A stretch of 63,955 bases of DNA, counting the filler, from Octopus bimaculoides (lineage: Eukaryota), in assembly GCF_001194135.2 (NCBI RefSeq). It is 5 parts of 5 records of this genome, joined end to end, with 100 filler letters (N's around TTAATTAATTAA, not from the genome) between each part and the next. Parts side by side here need not be neighbours in the genome. Positions count along the whole stretch, not along the records: positions 1 to 13,157 come from NC_069000.1; 4 more parts are not named here. One strand, given 5' to 3'. The notes under the pieces were generated by a model that was not told where the DNA came from, made no database searches, and was given only the letters and a program-made list of their open reading frames with translations. This document shows positions 1-11,122 of this stretch, piece by piece; within the stretch, counting starts at the first letter, position 1, and each line of letters opens with the position of its first letter. The position numbers were made by a program, and so were the translations under genes.

Positions 1-255
1 AACACATGGCTATGATGCTCCCCCACTACTTCTTCTCATGATCAGAGATGCACATATCATCAACCACCAAGGGACATGCTCAACTGGTTAAGGTCAAACA
101 ACTGACAAGCAAATCTGTGGTATTGAGCAGAATATTTGCTGTAGCCCATCTTTTATACCCAGACAAAACAATGTACAAGATAACACCTCCAATCAGTTAA
201 GATCAGAAGCCATGAGAGCCACTGCCTGGTACTGCATCCGGGCATTTACTATTAC

Positions 256-292
<37 letters not shown>

Positions 293-293
293 T
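1..293 (+). mobile_element. 3' end of an interspersed repeat (probably a non-LTR retroelement 3' UTR) ending in an (ATT)n tail
   Basis: Non-coding ~245 bp followed directly by an (ATT)n run at ~246-293; the family assignment is inference only. Confidence 0.35.
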
Positions 294-1418
294 GCCTCAG
301 GCATAGTGCCACGCATTTTCATCTCTCTGTAAGTGTTACCCAAGTTGTAGTTTGTTTTATTCTTCTGAGGTTTTCTTTTATTCTTCCGAATGTTTGTTGC
401 ACTTTCTGTTACATTTCCCAGTATTTTCGAGTCATTTAAAGAGTAGAGGATTTCGCTCCAACAAAAAACGACAGAATTGAAGTAGAAAGTCTTGAGAAAG
501 AGAAAGAAGAGTTGGAAAATATTTTCCTTGCATTTCTTTTACAGTAGAAGGCTTCCTTTTCTTTCAATCAGCACTGCTACGCTATCACCACTATCGCTAT
601 AGGCATTGTTGAATAGAAAAGTATGGCAGTAACAACAACCTGTTGAATAACAACGACAACAGGAAGATGTCAAACAACAACAACAACAACACCGAAGGTT
701 AAAAATAGCAATAACAACAACAACGCGGTGAAACACATTGGTGATAACATTGCCCCTTGGCTTGTTTTCCCATTTGCGTCACATTTGCGTCACAGCAAAT
801 ATTGAATGGTGCCAAAATGACTGGAAACGACGTGATCAGAAGTTCTAATGATACCCGAAGACCACTGGGCCAATCTGGAGCTGTGCCCCGTCATGGATGC
901 GCAAAGAAAAGTAATGAGATGGTTGATTCAGAAAGACCAGCCGTTCCACGTATGGAAGTAAAGGCCACTTGAAGGCTTTCTACTCTGAAGAAATGGGACG
1001 ACAGAAGAGGATAAAGAGCAGTGGACAACAGCAGAATTATTAATAACAAGAGGTTCCAGAAGTTGTTTCCCTTCTTTCTTTCTTTTAGTTCACCACCAGT
1101 CGTTCAACTGGTTATAGCTTCAAGGGTGGCGATAAAAAAATTACTTCAGTGTCACGAGCCGATGATTAGCGGTTCCATCTTCCGTTCCCAACCAGTTTTA
1201 CTACCCCAGCGTTTGCGACAGCGATGAGTAGGTGCATGGAGAAGGAATAGAAGTGTAAAATTGTTGGACATAGTGGGAATATATTTTAAAAGAATATAAA
1301 TTAAAAGACACCTCCCATAAGAAAAGAGCACCTCTAGGGAAGGCAAGTAGAACATGTAAGGAGTTTATCGCTCCCCGGGAACTTATAAAATTTCGCACTG
1401 CTTCGTATAGCTAACAAG

Positions 1419-1500
1419 GTGCTGATTGCCTATTTGCACGTACTGCATATAGGCCATCAGGGAATACATAAAATGCAGATTGAGAAATATATACTGGTCT
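1419..1500 (+). pseudogene. Possible Ty3/Gypsy integrase zinc-binding (HHCC) remnant
   Basis: Reads VLIAYLHVLHIGHQGIHKMQ and, after a frameshift, RNIYWS. This resembles the LHxGHxGxxKM...R..YW pattern of Gypsy integrases. Very short. Confidence 0.3.
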
Positions 1501-1595
1501 TATGCTAAATCAGGAATTATGAAGGTCAGTGGATTGACAAAATCTTTATAGCGGGAGAAAAAAAAAACCACATTGCCATATTTCTTCTGGTTTTA

Positions 1596-1742
1596 AATGC
1601 TTTGAGTTCCAATTCCGCCGAGGTCAAAATTGCATTTCATTCCTTCGGAGTCAATGCAATAAAGTGCCAATCAAATGCTAGGGTCAATAGTGTCTGATTA
1701 ATTTCATTCCCTTAAAATCGCTGACCTTGTACCTAAATTAGA
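1596..1742 (+). mobile_element. tRNA-derived SINE family A, degenerate 5'-truncated copy
   Basis: Similar to the body of the family A copy at 7926-8133 (gagttccaattccgccgaggtc...ttcattccttcggagtc...). Confidence 0.65.
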
Positions 1743-1772
1743 AGCCATTATTACTAAGAATGCTATACATAC

Positions 1773-2005
1773 TGTTTTGTCGTTCATCAATGGCATCTGA
1801 TGTTCCGGATCTTCCTCCCGATCTTCCTCCCGATCTTCTTCCGCCATGCCTTCGTCCGCTACAAGATCCGTAACGTTGAAAGAGACATTTGTTTCGTACT
1901 ATTCTAGATGCTTTTGCGTAGACACTTTGGCATTGTTTATCTTGGAGGGGTGTCAAGCATAAAACTATGTAAGGTAGAACCGCTAGTAACAAGATTAAAG
2001 ATGGA
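1773..2005 (-). CDS. Candidate internal coding exon of a secreted precursor (hydrophobic signal core, 3 Cys, G-RR/RR sites, GGRS repeats)
   Basis: Minus-strand acceptor ttttctttttcAG (AG at 2007-2006) and donor CA|GTATGT (GT at 1772-1771). The 233-nt exon is open only in phase 2->1: PSLILLLAVLPYIVLCLTPLQDKQCQSVYAKASRIVRNKCLFQRYGSCSGRRHGGRRSGGRSGGRSGTSDAIDERQN. It is more GC-rich than its flanks. Confidence 0.6.
1806..1845 (-). repeat. 12-bp tandem repeat (GATCTTCCTCCC-like) inside the candidate exon, encoding GGRS units
   Basis: ggatcttcctcccgatcttcctcccgatcttcttccgcc; the 12-bp unit preserves the reading frame. Confidence 0.8.
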
Positions 2006-3513
2006 CTGAAAAAGAAAAGAAAATAAATTATCAATAAATAATGTAATAGTTTGTTACTTTTCTTCTTATATTCAAAAACAAAACAACACAAAATATAACG
2101 AAATATTCAGGATATTCAAATATCCGCATGTGTGTGTATAACTAAATTGAAACTGGTTTTGTGTACCATCGCGTAGAGCAGAACACCAAAAACCAAAAAA
2201 CAGAAAAAGAAATTAGAAGACGATATGATAGAACTAACCATTCCTATCAGTCAAGTAAGGAAGTTATTGATTAGTTAAGGGAGGAATTAGGTGAAATACT
2301 GTTAAAAGAAAGCAAATATGAAGTCAAGTTCATTTAAAGTAGTAATAGCTAAATATGAGATGGAAACCATATTGTTTCATTGCTCACGAAATTACACTTC
2401 GTTAAAAGAGCGAAAACAACAACAAATCTCATGCTTCTTTCCTCATTTTTCGCTTAATTAAAAAATATATATTTTATCTGTGCGAATTTCCGGTAGCAAA
2501 CTAGTCTCATTTCCACCCGAACTAATCAAAACTACATTTTTTTTTTATCATCACAAAATTCCTTTATGTTCACAACAGACAAATGCTTCCAATTTGTTGA
2601 GCCGATATGTGCAAACAGACGACATAAATTTTTCTAAATGTAAGCTTTCAGATTTTTAAGATACTTCTTGATTTTCTTATCTTTTTGCAATAATTGATAT
2701 TCCTCTTCACTTAGAACTGGCCTTTTCGTTTATAACACGTTAGTTTTCACTTCTCAATCGACATTTATTAATGGAGTTCATTCGAAAATTGTTTCTAATA
2801 GTGTTATACTTTCATTAATGATTTAATTTTCAATCATATATTACAAGCACGCTTCATTATATATATCTCAACGAGATAGTGTGTCTATGTTTCTATATAT
2901 GTGTGTCTGAATACCAGATATGAGTATGTGCGTATATCTATACATGCACACACATATACACGCATAGAACTGCTTCTTCCATTCCATCATTCACTTATAT
3001 ATATATAATACATACACTTTGATCAGAGTTAACCTGTAGCTAAACAATCTCAACAAAATAAGACCAACCGCATCTTACAACCTCAAGCAGTTATAAAAGC
3101 CAAGGAGGGCGTCTTTACTCGTTAGAAAAATACCGTCAAATTTAGCCTCAGATCACGCCTTATGCTTAGCGAATGACACATTGGATAATGTCATTCCAGA
3201 TACACCATGTCTTGCATAGAATATGAGATAAAAGAATGCTTATCTTCGAGATTCAAAAAGACGGGTGGTCATAGCTGAATGGCTTTCATTATGTCTGCTC
3301 AGTCAGGTCTTCAGCTAAACAAAGGCGAATATTTAAAGCCAACGAAGAATCATCTGCATCAATGATTCTCAAAAGTTTCTACTCCCACTTATCCCCTTTG
3401 CTTCATGTATTTCACAATCTGCCCGCTTATTCCTCCTGTACGTTAATTGCTATATATAAAAGAAGTCCATGTCACTGCCAAAGATTTCTTTTAAATTAAC
3501 ATTTTAGCGGTTG

Positions 3514-3552
<39 letters not shown>

Positions 3553-4483
3553 AACTACGTGTGTATATAAACAAACTTACATTTGTTTTTAGAAGTGTCG
3601 AATGTATATCGTACGATACAAACAAGAAAGTGATATTTTGGAATGTAGTATCGCCGTTAAAACAGCAGAAAAATTGGGTGTTATTACCCTTACAAGACGG
3701 AAAAAGTCAACAAACAGTCATGTGTGTGTGTGTGTGTGTGAAGAAAGAAAGTGTAAAATACAGACAACAGATAGAAAGAGAGGCAGAAAGAGAAGAAAAA
3801 TGACGGGAAATACGCAAGAAATCTCACCGAATCATGGTTGTTCTTCGAAGATCCAAGCAAATCTGTTCAAAATCTTGTCTTTGCTGAGATTATATAGGAG
3901 GTAAAAATGAGAGCAATTGAATAATGACGTAATGATGCACGATAAAAACTAATTGTTCTAAGCATCAACTGACTGAAAAATTCTTAATAAAATGACAATA
4001 AAAATGCCTAATAAATCAATGAATGTATAAGTACAAGCAGGCGCCTTCGCGGATACGAATCGTGACACTTGAGCAACGAACACAAAAAAATATGAGGACT
4101 TCTTAAAAACCCGCAAAGAGAAGATTAGGTTATGTAGGTGGATGAGAGAAGGAAGAAAGAAAGAAAGTGAGAAGGAGAGAGAGAGAAAGAAAGAGGGAGA
4201 GAGATTCACCTTTGATTATTTAATAACTGATCATTTTAAAATATTTATTCTCGGAGTAAGTAGATGCTATGACGAAACAAATTTGTCTGCAAATAAAACT
4301 GAGGTTATAAACTTTACAAGAAATAAGGTACTGACTCATGATAGCAATTTAAAGTATTGTTAATTCAGTTTTTCTTTTTCCGTTTCAGTTTGAAGAGTGC
4401 CGTGGTCTAAAAGTAATCTCGCGGCAAGTTTAGTGCCCGAGAAGATTTCGAATACCGATTCTAACCATTTAACTTCAGTTATG

Positions 4484-4680
4484 TTGGCACAAGGCCAGCA
4501 ATTTTATGGGGGGAGGGGAGGGTGGTTAGCTGATTACAACGACCCCAGTGCTCAACTGTTACTTAAGTTTATCGGCCCTCCGAAAGGATGAAAAGCAAAG
4601 TTGACCTCGGAAGCATTTGAACTCAGAAAGTAAAAAGCCAGAAATACTTTTTCTGGCGTGCTAACGATTCTGCCACCGCC
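4484..4680 (-). mobile_element. tRNA-derived SINE family A
   Basis: Minus strand begins ggcggtggcagaatcgttagcacgcc (A-box-like) and contains ctgagttcaaatgc (B-box-like); matches 7926-8133. Confidence 0.8.
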
Positions 4681-4708
4681 TGGTCTTCGTTTTGTTGGTA
4701 GCAATTCT

Positions 4709-4923
4709 TTCTAATTTTGACACAAGGTCAGCAGCTTTGAAGGGAGGCGGGACTAATCGATTACACCAACCCCAGTGCTCAACTGGTACTTATTTTATTG
4801 ATTTCGAGAGGTTGAAAGGCAAAGTCGACTTCAGCTGCATTTGAGCTCAGAACGTAATAAAGAGCTAAAAGAAATGCTGCTAAACATTTTGTCCGCTGTC
4901 TAACGATCTGCGGGTTCACCACC
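4709..4923 (-). mobile_element. tRNA-derived SINE family A (adjacent copy)
   Basis: Reverse complement matches the family A head, body (gttctgagctcaaatgcagctgaagtcgactttgcctttc) and tail. Confidence 0.8.
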
Positions 4924-5054
4924 TTAGATTGGTAGTAATAGTCTAGGGAAGGACNNNNNNNNNNNNNNNNNNNNNNNNNNNNNNNNNNNNNNNNNNNNNN
5001 NNNNNNNNNNNNNNNNNNNNNNNNNNNNNNNNNNNNNNNNNNNNNNNNNNNNNN

Positions 5055-5374
5055 ATTCCAAAAATAAAAAAGAGCAGTGATAAATAAATCACTTCCAGGC
5101 ACTTCGTAAATGGAACGAATGGAAGATTCATTGACACTAAACTCAAGTACACATCAACATTGGACCAAGTGAACAGAAAAAAAATATGAAGGTGTCTGAT
5201 CCTAACAAACGACGCAAACGATTGTATCCTCTACAGGAAATGACAGAGATACTCAAGGAAATACATGAAGGTGGAAGCTTCGTTGCTGAGGGCTGTGAGT
5301 TTAGCGTCAATGAATCTTCCATTCGTTCCATTTACAAAGTGCCTGGAAGTGATTTATTTATCACTGCTCTTTTT
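5055..5374. repeat. Gap-flanked duplicate of the 5756-6108 fold-back; supplies the loop sequence
   Basis: Matches 5807-5920 and 5931-6044; bounded by N runs on both sides. Confidence 0.8.
5186..5340 (+). pseudogene. pogo/Tigger-type transposase N-terminal HTH (CENP-B N-terminal/psq-like) fragment
   Basis: MKVSDPNKRRKRLYPLQEMTEILKEIHEGGSFVAEGCEFSVNESSIRSIYK fits the KRKR...L.EK..I....G.S......F.V..S.IR.I.K pattern of Tigger/pogo transposases. Confidence 0.65.
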
Positions 5375-5626
5375 NNNNNNNNNNCTATGACCGCGAGTCC
5401 GCTGCCCTAGCCACTGGGCCATTGCGCCTCCACTTCATTTGTAATATAAGGAATGAAATAAACTGCAGACTCGTTAATCCCTGATTCAGTCACTCTGATC
5501 CGGGATAACACGGTATATTCAATGGTGAACTATGTTACGCTTATCGCAGATTGAACAGTAATAACACAGGTCAGTGATCCGTTGGAGATTCTGCTGATAC
5601 CATAAAACCCCCGCTGCACCTCAGCG

Positions 5627-5692
5627 ACTATCCAGAATGCTCAGCTATCCGGAATGCTCAACTATCCAGAATGCTCAGCTATCCGGAATGCA
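5627..5692 (+). repeat. 17-bp tandem repeat x4 (RCTATCCRGAATGCTCA)
   Basis: actatccagaatgctca gctatccggaatgctca actatccagaatgctca gctatccggaatgca. Confidence 0.85.
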
Positions 5693-5755
5693 TTGACTAT
5701 TGTGTTTACATGACTTTGCTGCGAGGCTGCGTATTTTTTATACAAGTACTACTAT

Positions 5756-6108
5756 AGCATGAGATTGTAGCATTTACTATATGTTTATCCTCGTTTATCA
5801 CGGTTCATTCCAAAAATAAAAAAGAGCAGTGATAAATAAATCACTTCCAGGCACTTCGTAAATGGAACGAATGGAAGATTCATTGACACTAAACTCAAGT
5901 ACACATCAACATTGGACCAANNNNNNNNNNAATACATGAAGGTGGAAGCTTCGTTGCTGAGGGCTGTGAGTTTAGCGTCAATGAATCTTCCATTCGTTCC
6001 ATTTACAAAGTGCCTGGAAGTGATTTATTTATCACTGCTCTTTTTTCTTTTTAGAATGAACCGTAATAAACGAGGATAAACATATAGTAAATGCTACAAT
6101 CTCATGCT
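5756..6108. repeat. Fold-back inverted repeat with ~142-bp arms
   Basis: 5756-5897 is the near-perfect reverse complement of 5967-6108. Confidence 0.9.
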
Positions 6109-6362
6109 GTTGTTTTAGTTATAGTCAGAGTTAATATAGTAGTTGGTTAACCACAGGTCAAAGCTGATTGAGCAGACCAACGATCAAATTCCAGCATCAA
6201 TCTCTACCTACCGGCATTTGGGTGTCTTCATTGGGTGTCCAAGACTAGATTATTCAAGGCGATTTTTCATCTAACCCAAACCCTAACATTAGCCCTATTC
6301 CTGGTGCTGGGGCAAGGAAGACGATAAGTACCATTATCCAGTAGTGGGGTGAAATTAATCTT

Positions 6363-6710
6363 TTATTTTTTACTTGTGTCAGTTATTGAGCTGCGGCTAT
6401 GCTGGGGCACCGCTTTGAAGGGTTTAACCGAACAAATGGTCCAAATACTTACTTTATCTTTGTTATTTAAGTGAGGTACTTGTGCTAACAAACACTTTGC
6501 TGAACTGCTAAGTGACAGGGAAATAAACAAACCGACTCCAATGGTGGCGGACAAACTCAAACGCGCACAGACACGCACACTTACAAGGCATTGGTCAGCC
6601 CAGGGGCTATAATAGAAGACACTTGCCCAAGGCGTCACACAGTAGGACTGAACCTAAAACTGCTTGGTTACAAAGCGAGTTCCTTAACCACATAGCCATG
6701 CCTGCGCCTA
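6363..6710 (-). mobile_element. SINE family B (tRNA-like head, CORE-like acttgcccaagg motif, tail), fragmented
   Basis: gaagacacttgcccaaggcgtcacacagtaggactgaacc...ccttaaccacatagccatgcctgcgcct matches 43301-43707. Confidence 0.75.
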
Positions 6711-7265
6711 CATCTGAGGAAAATTTGACTGCTACTTCTTTCGGATCGGATCTTCCGTGTAAAGGCATCCACCTTGACAAGTACCATTGCAGGTTGTTGC
6801 CTATTCCCAGTCAATCCCAGTCAGAAAGAACTGTAATCAAAGGCATCCCAGATATGACTATCCAGTCTGTTTTTTTGGTGGAGTTTCTAGAATTGCATTA
6901 TCTATGGTGTCCTCTTTTTGAAGACGACAGTGTGATTTTAGGGAGATTTGGCTGCTATTTCAAGAAGATCGATTTACCTCATAAAGGTTACTTCACTATC
7001 AAGTTGATCCGATTGTAAATGATGTTATTGTTGCTTAGTCTCACGTCGGTCGTGATCAAGCACACATACGGTCGTATGCGTTTCAGCCGTGACCCTCCTT
7101 CCTTCTTTTCAAGACGTAGTGCAATTTAGATCATAATATCCAAAGTAGCGTTTCCTTCTAAAACAGAAAAAAAAAACGATTTTGAAGGAACTTGACTTTT
7201 ATTTCTAACAGGTCAAGTGAATTCGTAGTGGCTTCTTTTAGCTCGAGGGTGTATCCGTGTACAGT

Positions 7266-7395
<130 letters not shown>

Positions 7396-7613
7396 TGGGC
7401 GCTTACAACCGCAGGTTGAAGTAGAAGGTGAAAATAGACATGATGATTTATAACCGTGTTTAAAACATTAAAGGTTCTCGAAGTGTAAAAGAACTGTCTA
7501 CTTCACTTCTCCACCCCAAAGACAGTCATATAATAAAAACCAAACTGTTCGTGAGCAGAAGTATTTAGAATGTAGATCCATGACTACACGTAGTAGACAA
7601 AAGTAATATTAAT

Positions 7614-7735
7614 AGCTGGCAGAGTCTTTAGCATGCTGGGCAAAATGCTTAACGGCATTTCGTCCGTCATTACATTCTGAGTTAAATTTCCACCGAGGTT
7701 GACTTTGCCTTTCTGGTCTTGTGCCTTTCATCCCG
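7614..7735 (+). mobile_element. SINE family A, partial
   Basis: agctggcagagtctttagcatgctgggcaaaatgcttaacggc...gttgactttgccttt. Confidence 0.75.
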
Positions 7736-7925
7736 AAAGATGAAAGGAAAAGTTAAAGAGCCGGAAGAAATGCCGCGATGCATTTTGTCCGACTTACTAA
7801 TGATTCTTCCAGTTCACCATCTTGTATTTTACGATTACTTTATTCTGTTGTCCTCGAAAAAACGAAAGGCAAGGTTGATTTCAGCTGAAGCTGAAGCTGA
7901 AGCCAATATGTAAATAGTCAGAAAA

Positions 7926-8133
7926 GTGGCGAGCTGGCAGAATCGTTAGCACACCGAGCAAAATGTTTATCGGTATTTGGCCCGCCTTTACGTTCTGAGT
8001 TCAAAATCTGCTGAGGTCAGCTTTGCCTTTCATCCTTCCAGAGTCGATAAACTAAGTACCAGTTGAACACTGGGGTTGATGTAATCGACCAAACTCCTCG
8101 AAATTGCTGGTCTTGTACCAAAATATGAAACCA
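7926..8133 (+). mobile_element. SINE family A, full length (reference copy)
   Basis: gtggcgagctggcagaatcgttagc (A-box-like), gttctgagttcaaaatc (B-box-like), body and tail ending ccaaaatatgaaacc. Confidence 0.85.
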
Positions 8134-8346
8134 GTGGCGAGGTCGTAGAATCGTTTACTCTTCGGACAAAATGCTTAGCGGCATTTCGTCTGACTTTACG
8201 TTCTGAGTTCTAGTACCACCGGGGTCTACTTTGACTTTTATCCTTTCGGAGTCGATGAAATAAGTACCAAATGAGCACTGGGGTCGATGTAATCGACTTA
8301 TTCTCTCTCCCGAAATTACTGACCTTGTGCCAAAATTTGAAACCAA
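8134..8346 (+). mobile_element. SINE family A, full length, directly in tandem with the preceding copy
   Basis: Starts gtggcgagg immediately after the previous tail; same body and tail. Confidence 0.85.
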
Positions 8347-8539
8347 TATGTCGGATGGAATGCCACTAAACATTTTGCTCGTCGCTTAGTAATAATAGTT
8401 TTTAATTTCAGTAGAAGACCAGTTATTTGTGAAGGACGGGGGTGGTCGATATTGACCGTAGTTCTTTTCTTACATTTTATCTTGCAGCCTCCCAAAGAAC
8501 GAAAAGCAAGTTTACCTCGGTGGATAAGAACCGAAAGAA

Positions 8540-8687
8540 ATAGGCGCAGGTGTGTGGTAAGAAACTTGCTTCCCAATCACGTTGTTCCGGGCTCAATTCC
8601 ATTGCGTGGCATGCGCGAGTGTCTTCTACTGACCAAAGCATCATGAGTGGAATTAAAAGACGGAAACTGAAGGAAGCCCGTCGTATC

Positions 8688-8723
<36 letters not shown>

Positions 8724-8869
8724 ATATATTTATATATATAGGTTATGAGCGATAGTGGTGTCAATTAGACGCAGAGGTTTCAGGTAATGCTGAGTAAGTG
8801 CTATGGATAGACCACAGTTAAGCTCCAGGTTCNNNNNNNNNNCGTGTGAATATAAGGATTTACTTTTCG

Positions 8870-8910
<41 letters not shown>

Positions 8911-9050
8911 ATGTGTGTGTGTCTTTGTGCTTGTGTTTGTACCCCCACGTCATCGCTTGACAACCGCTGTTGGTGTGTTTACGTCTCCGTAACTTAGCGG
9001 TTCGGCTAAAGAGACCGATAGTACTAGGGGTCGATTTGTTCTTTCTATTA
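8540..9050 (+). mobile_element. SINE family B split by an internal (TA)n expansion and a gap
   Basis: Head aggcgcaggtgtgtggtaagaaacttgcttcccaatcac at 8542, (TA)n from ~8688, tail gtttgtacccccacgtcatcgcttgacaacc... at ~8930-9050. Confidence 0.75.
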
Positions 9051-9051
9051 C

Positions 9052-9207
9052 AAGCACAAGGCCTGAAATTTTGGAGGAGAGGGCTGCGTATTTTATCGAC
9101 CTCGAAAAGATGAAAGGCAAAGTCGACCTCTGTGGCATTTGAACTCAAAACGAAAGACGGATGAATTGCCGCTAATTTCAGCGTGCTAGCCGTTCTGCTA
9201 GCTCGCC
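9052..9207 (-). mobile_element. SINE family A
   Basis: Reverse complement begins ggcgagctagcagaacggctagcacgc and continues ttttgagttcaaatgccacagaggtcgactttgcctttc. Confidence 0.75.
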
Positions 9208-10246
9208 GTCTTACAAGTTCAATTAATGATGAATGAGTCGCGTATAGGTCACCTTGGATCAGTCAAGACTGAAGACAGTATTTAATTACTCAGTCCATAT
9301 TATGAACAACATCCTTAGACGTCACTTATGCGACCTTCATTTCAATTAAATATTAAGATGAATTCTGTAAAGAGTTCATCTTCTACGGGGGTTCATCTCA
9401 CTGTTTAACTGGGAGACATTCTGAGAGATTAAACATTCACGTCACTTTAACCGTCGAATCGATCGTACAGACACTAAATGAAAACGATTTTGAGCACCGA
9501 TCCCGATTCTTCGTGGAAATATTCTACTGTGTTGATCTTTATATCATTGATTGCTTAGTTTGATAAGATAGAGTTACATTTAATGTGAATGGATTCATCA
9601 ATCGACATAATTACCAGCTTTATGCTGGCAATTATGTATTTATATATTTCTGTGTTTGTTAGATTGGATGTACATGTGTGTGTGTGTGTGTGTGTGTGNN
9701 NNNNNNNNNNNNNNNNNNNNNNNNNNNNNNNNNNNNNNNNNNNNNNNNNNNNNNNNNNNNNNNNNNNNNNNNNNNNNNNNNNNNNNNNNNNNNNNNNNNN
9801 NNNNNNNNNNNNNNNNNNNNNNNNNNNNNNNNNNNNNNNNNNNNNNNNNNNNNNNNNNNNNNNNNNNNNNNNNNNNNNNNNNNNNNNNNNNNNNNNNNNN
9901 NNNNNNNNNNNNNNNNNNNNNNNNNNNNNNNNNNNNNNNNNNNNNNNNNNNNNNNNNNNNNNNNNNNNNNNNNNNNNNNNNNNNNNNNNNNNNNNNNNNN
10001 NNNNNNNNNNNNNNNNNNNNNNNNNNNNNNNNNNNNNNNNNNNNNNNNNNNNNNNNNNNNNNNNNNNNNNNNNNNTTTTCACACATCTTGTATAAGAGGA
10101 GATATTTCTCCCGAGACTATTACCGCAGCGAAAGGTCTTCTCATATTCGAGTGCACACAAATGTGTTAAATAGCATTGTACATGCACCTCTTTTATTCAA
10201 CACTATTTCACTGCTTTGGGCTACTTCGTTATATATATAATATATA

Positions 10247-11122
10247 CTAACCTAAGTACCCGGCGTTGCTTGGAAGTTTAAAAAATGTTAAAGAAAATAA
10301 ATATATTTATACTGATAAAAAATGTATTTTCAGAAAAAATTCTATCAGATGACGTGAGTATAAACAAAGTTATTAAAACAAATCCTGAAATCAGTCAGTT
10401 TTATTTGGTAGAACTTCTATATATACAATGCTTTCAGTGTGTCCTTTAATTGGGGCACAAATGAAAAGAATTTGGGGACTTCCAGCTCGCGAACATCCTA
10501 CATATAATTACCTATGAGAGAAACAAGGAGAAGCAAGGTTAAGTCCAACAACCTCGAGAGATTGTCTTTGAGATTTGTTTATCAACATAGCAAAACTTAG
10601 GTTCACTGGGAACTGGAGCCGTTTAAATTCAAAGGGGAGATCAGATGGGATTAACGGGATCCGTGGAATGAAATCATCCTCACCCTTATATTTCCCAGTG
10701 ATAACTGCTGCCTCTAGGACATGAGGTTGCATCGCTTTCACCAGAAGTCTGGTGCCATTGCACAGGCGAAGTGGATCCAGATTCCTGAGCAGCATGACTG
10801 GGGCCCCATTTTAAGAGTTAAGTTGTGAGGTGGCATCCCAAGTGGCTGTAGAGAGTTCAGGAACTCAGTTGGTAAAACTACAGCTTGGTCATCAAACGTA
10901 TAGGAATCCGTTGAAAAAAATCGGAAGGGTCGTCTAGCGGAGGGGTGGGTGCTACAGCCCCCTATATGGGCAAGGACCAAAACTTGACTCCCCCCTTTCC
11001 CGAGTAATAAAAACCTTTTCCGAGTAATGAAAAGCCTTCATGCTAAATTTGGTAGATATTGATCCAGCGGTTTGGCCGTGCATAGAGGACACACACACAG
11101 TGAATTTTATATATACAGAAGA
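10247..11122 (-). mobile_element. Internally deleted (non-autonomous) Helitron with both termini
   Basis: Minus-strand 5' end A|TCTTCTGTATATA at 11122. The 3' end CCAAGCAACGCCGGG-TACTTAGG-TTAG|T at 10247 resembles the hairpin + CTAG terminus. Inserted between A and T and carries a PIF1 helicase fragment. Confidence 0.7.
10480..10900 (-). pseudogene. Helitron Rep/Hel PIF1-family helicase C-terminal fragment (frameshifted)
   Basis: PTEFLNSLQPLGMPPHNLTLKMG, then after a frameshift MLLRNLDPLRLCNGTRL...FIPRIPLIPSDLPFEFKRLQFPVNLSFAMLINKSQRQSL...CFSHR*LYVGCSR. These are the hallmark PIF1/Helitron motifs. Confidence 0.92.

Noticed and set aside
757-1230. ORFs 757-972 and 1021-1227 as genes
   Set aside because: No recognisable domain or splice framework; possibly retroelement-derived, but I cannot assign a family.
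1900-1960. Insulin-like B chain in the candidate precursor
   Set aside because: The Cys spacing (C-x14-C-x7-C) and the missing CG..L motif do not fit, and no A-chain exon was found.
5055-5374. Real tandem duplication of the fold-back element
   Set aside because: Flanked by gaps and essentially identical to 5807-6044; most likely redundant assembly of a hard-to-sequence hairpin.
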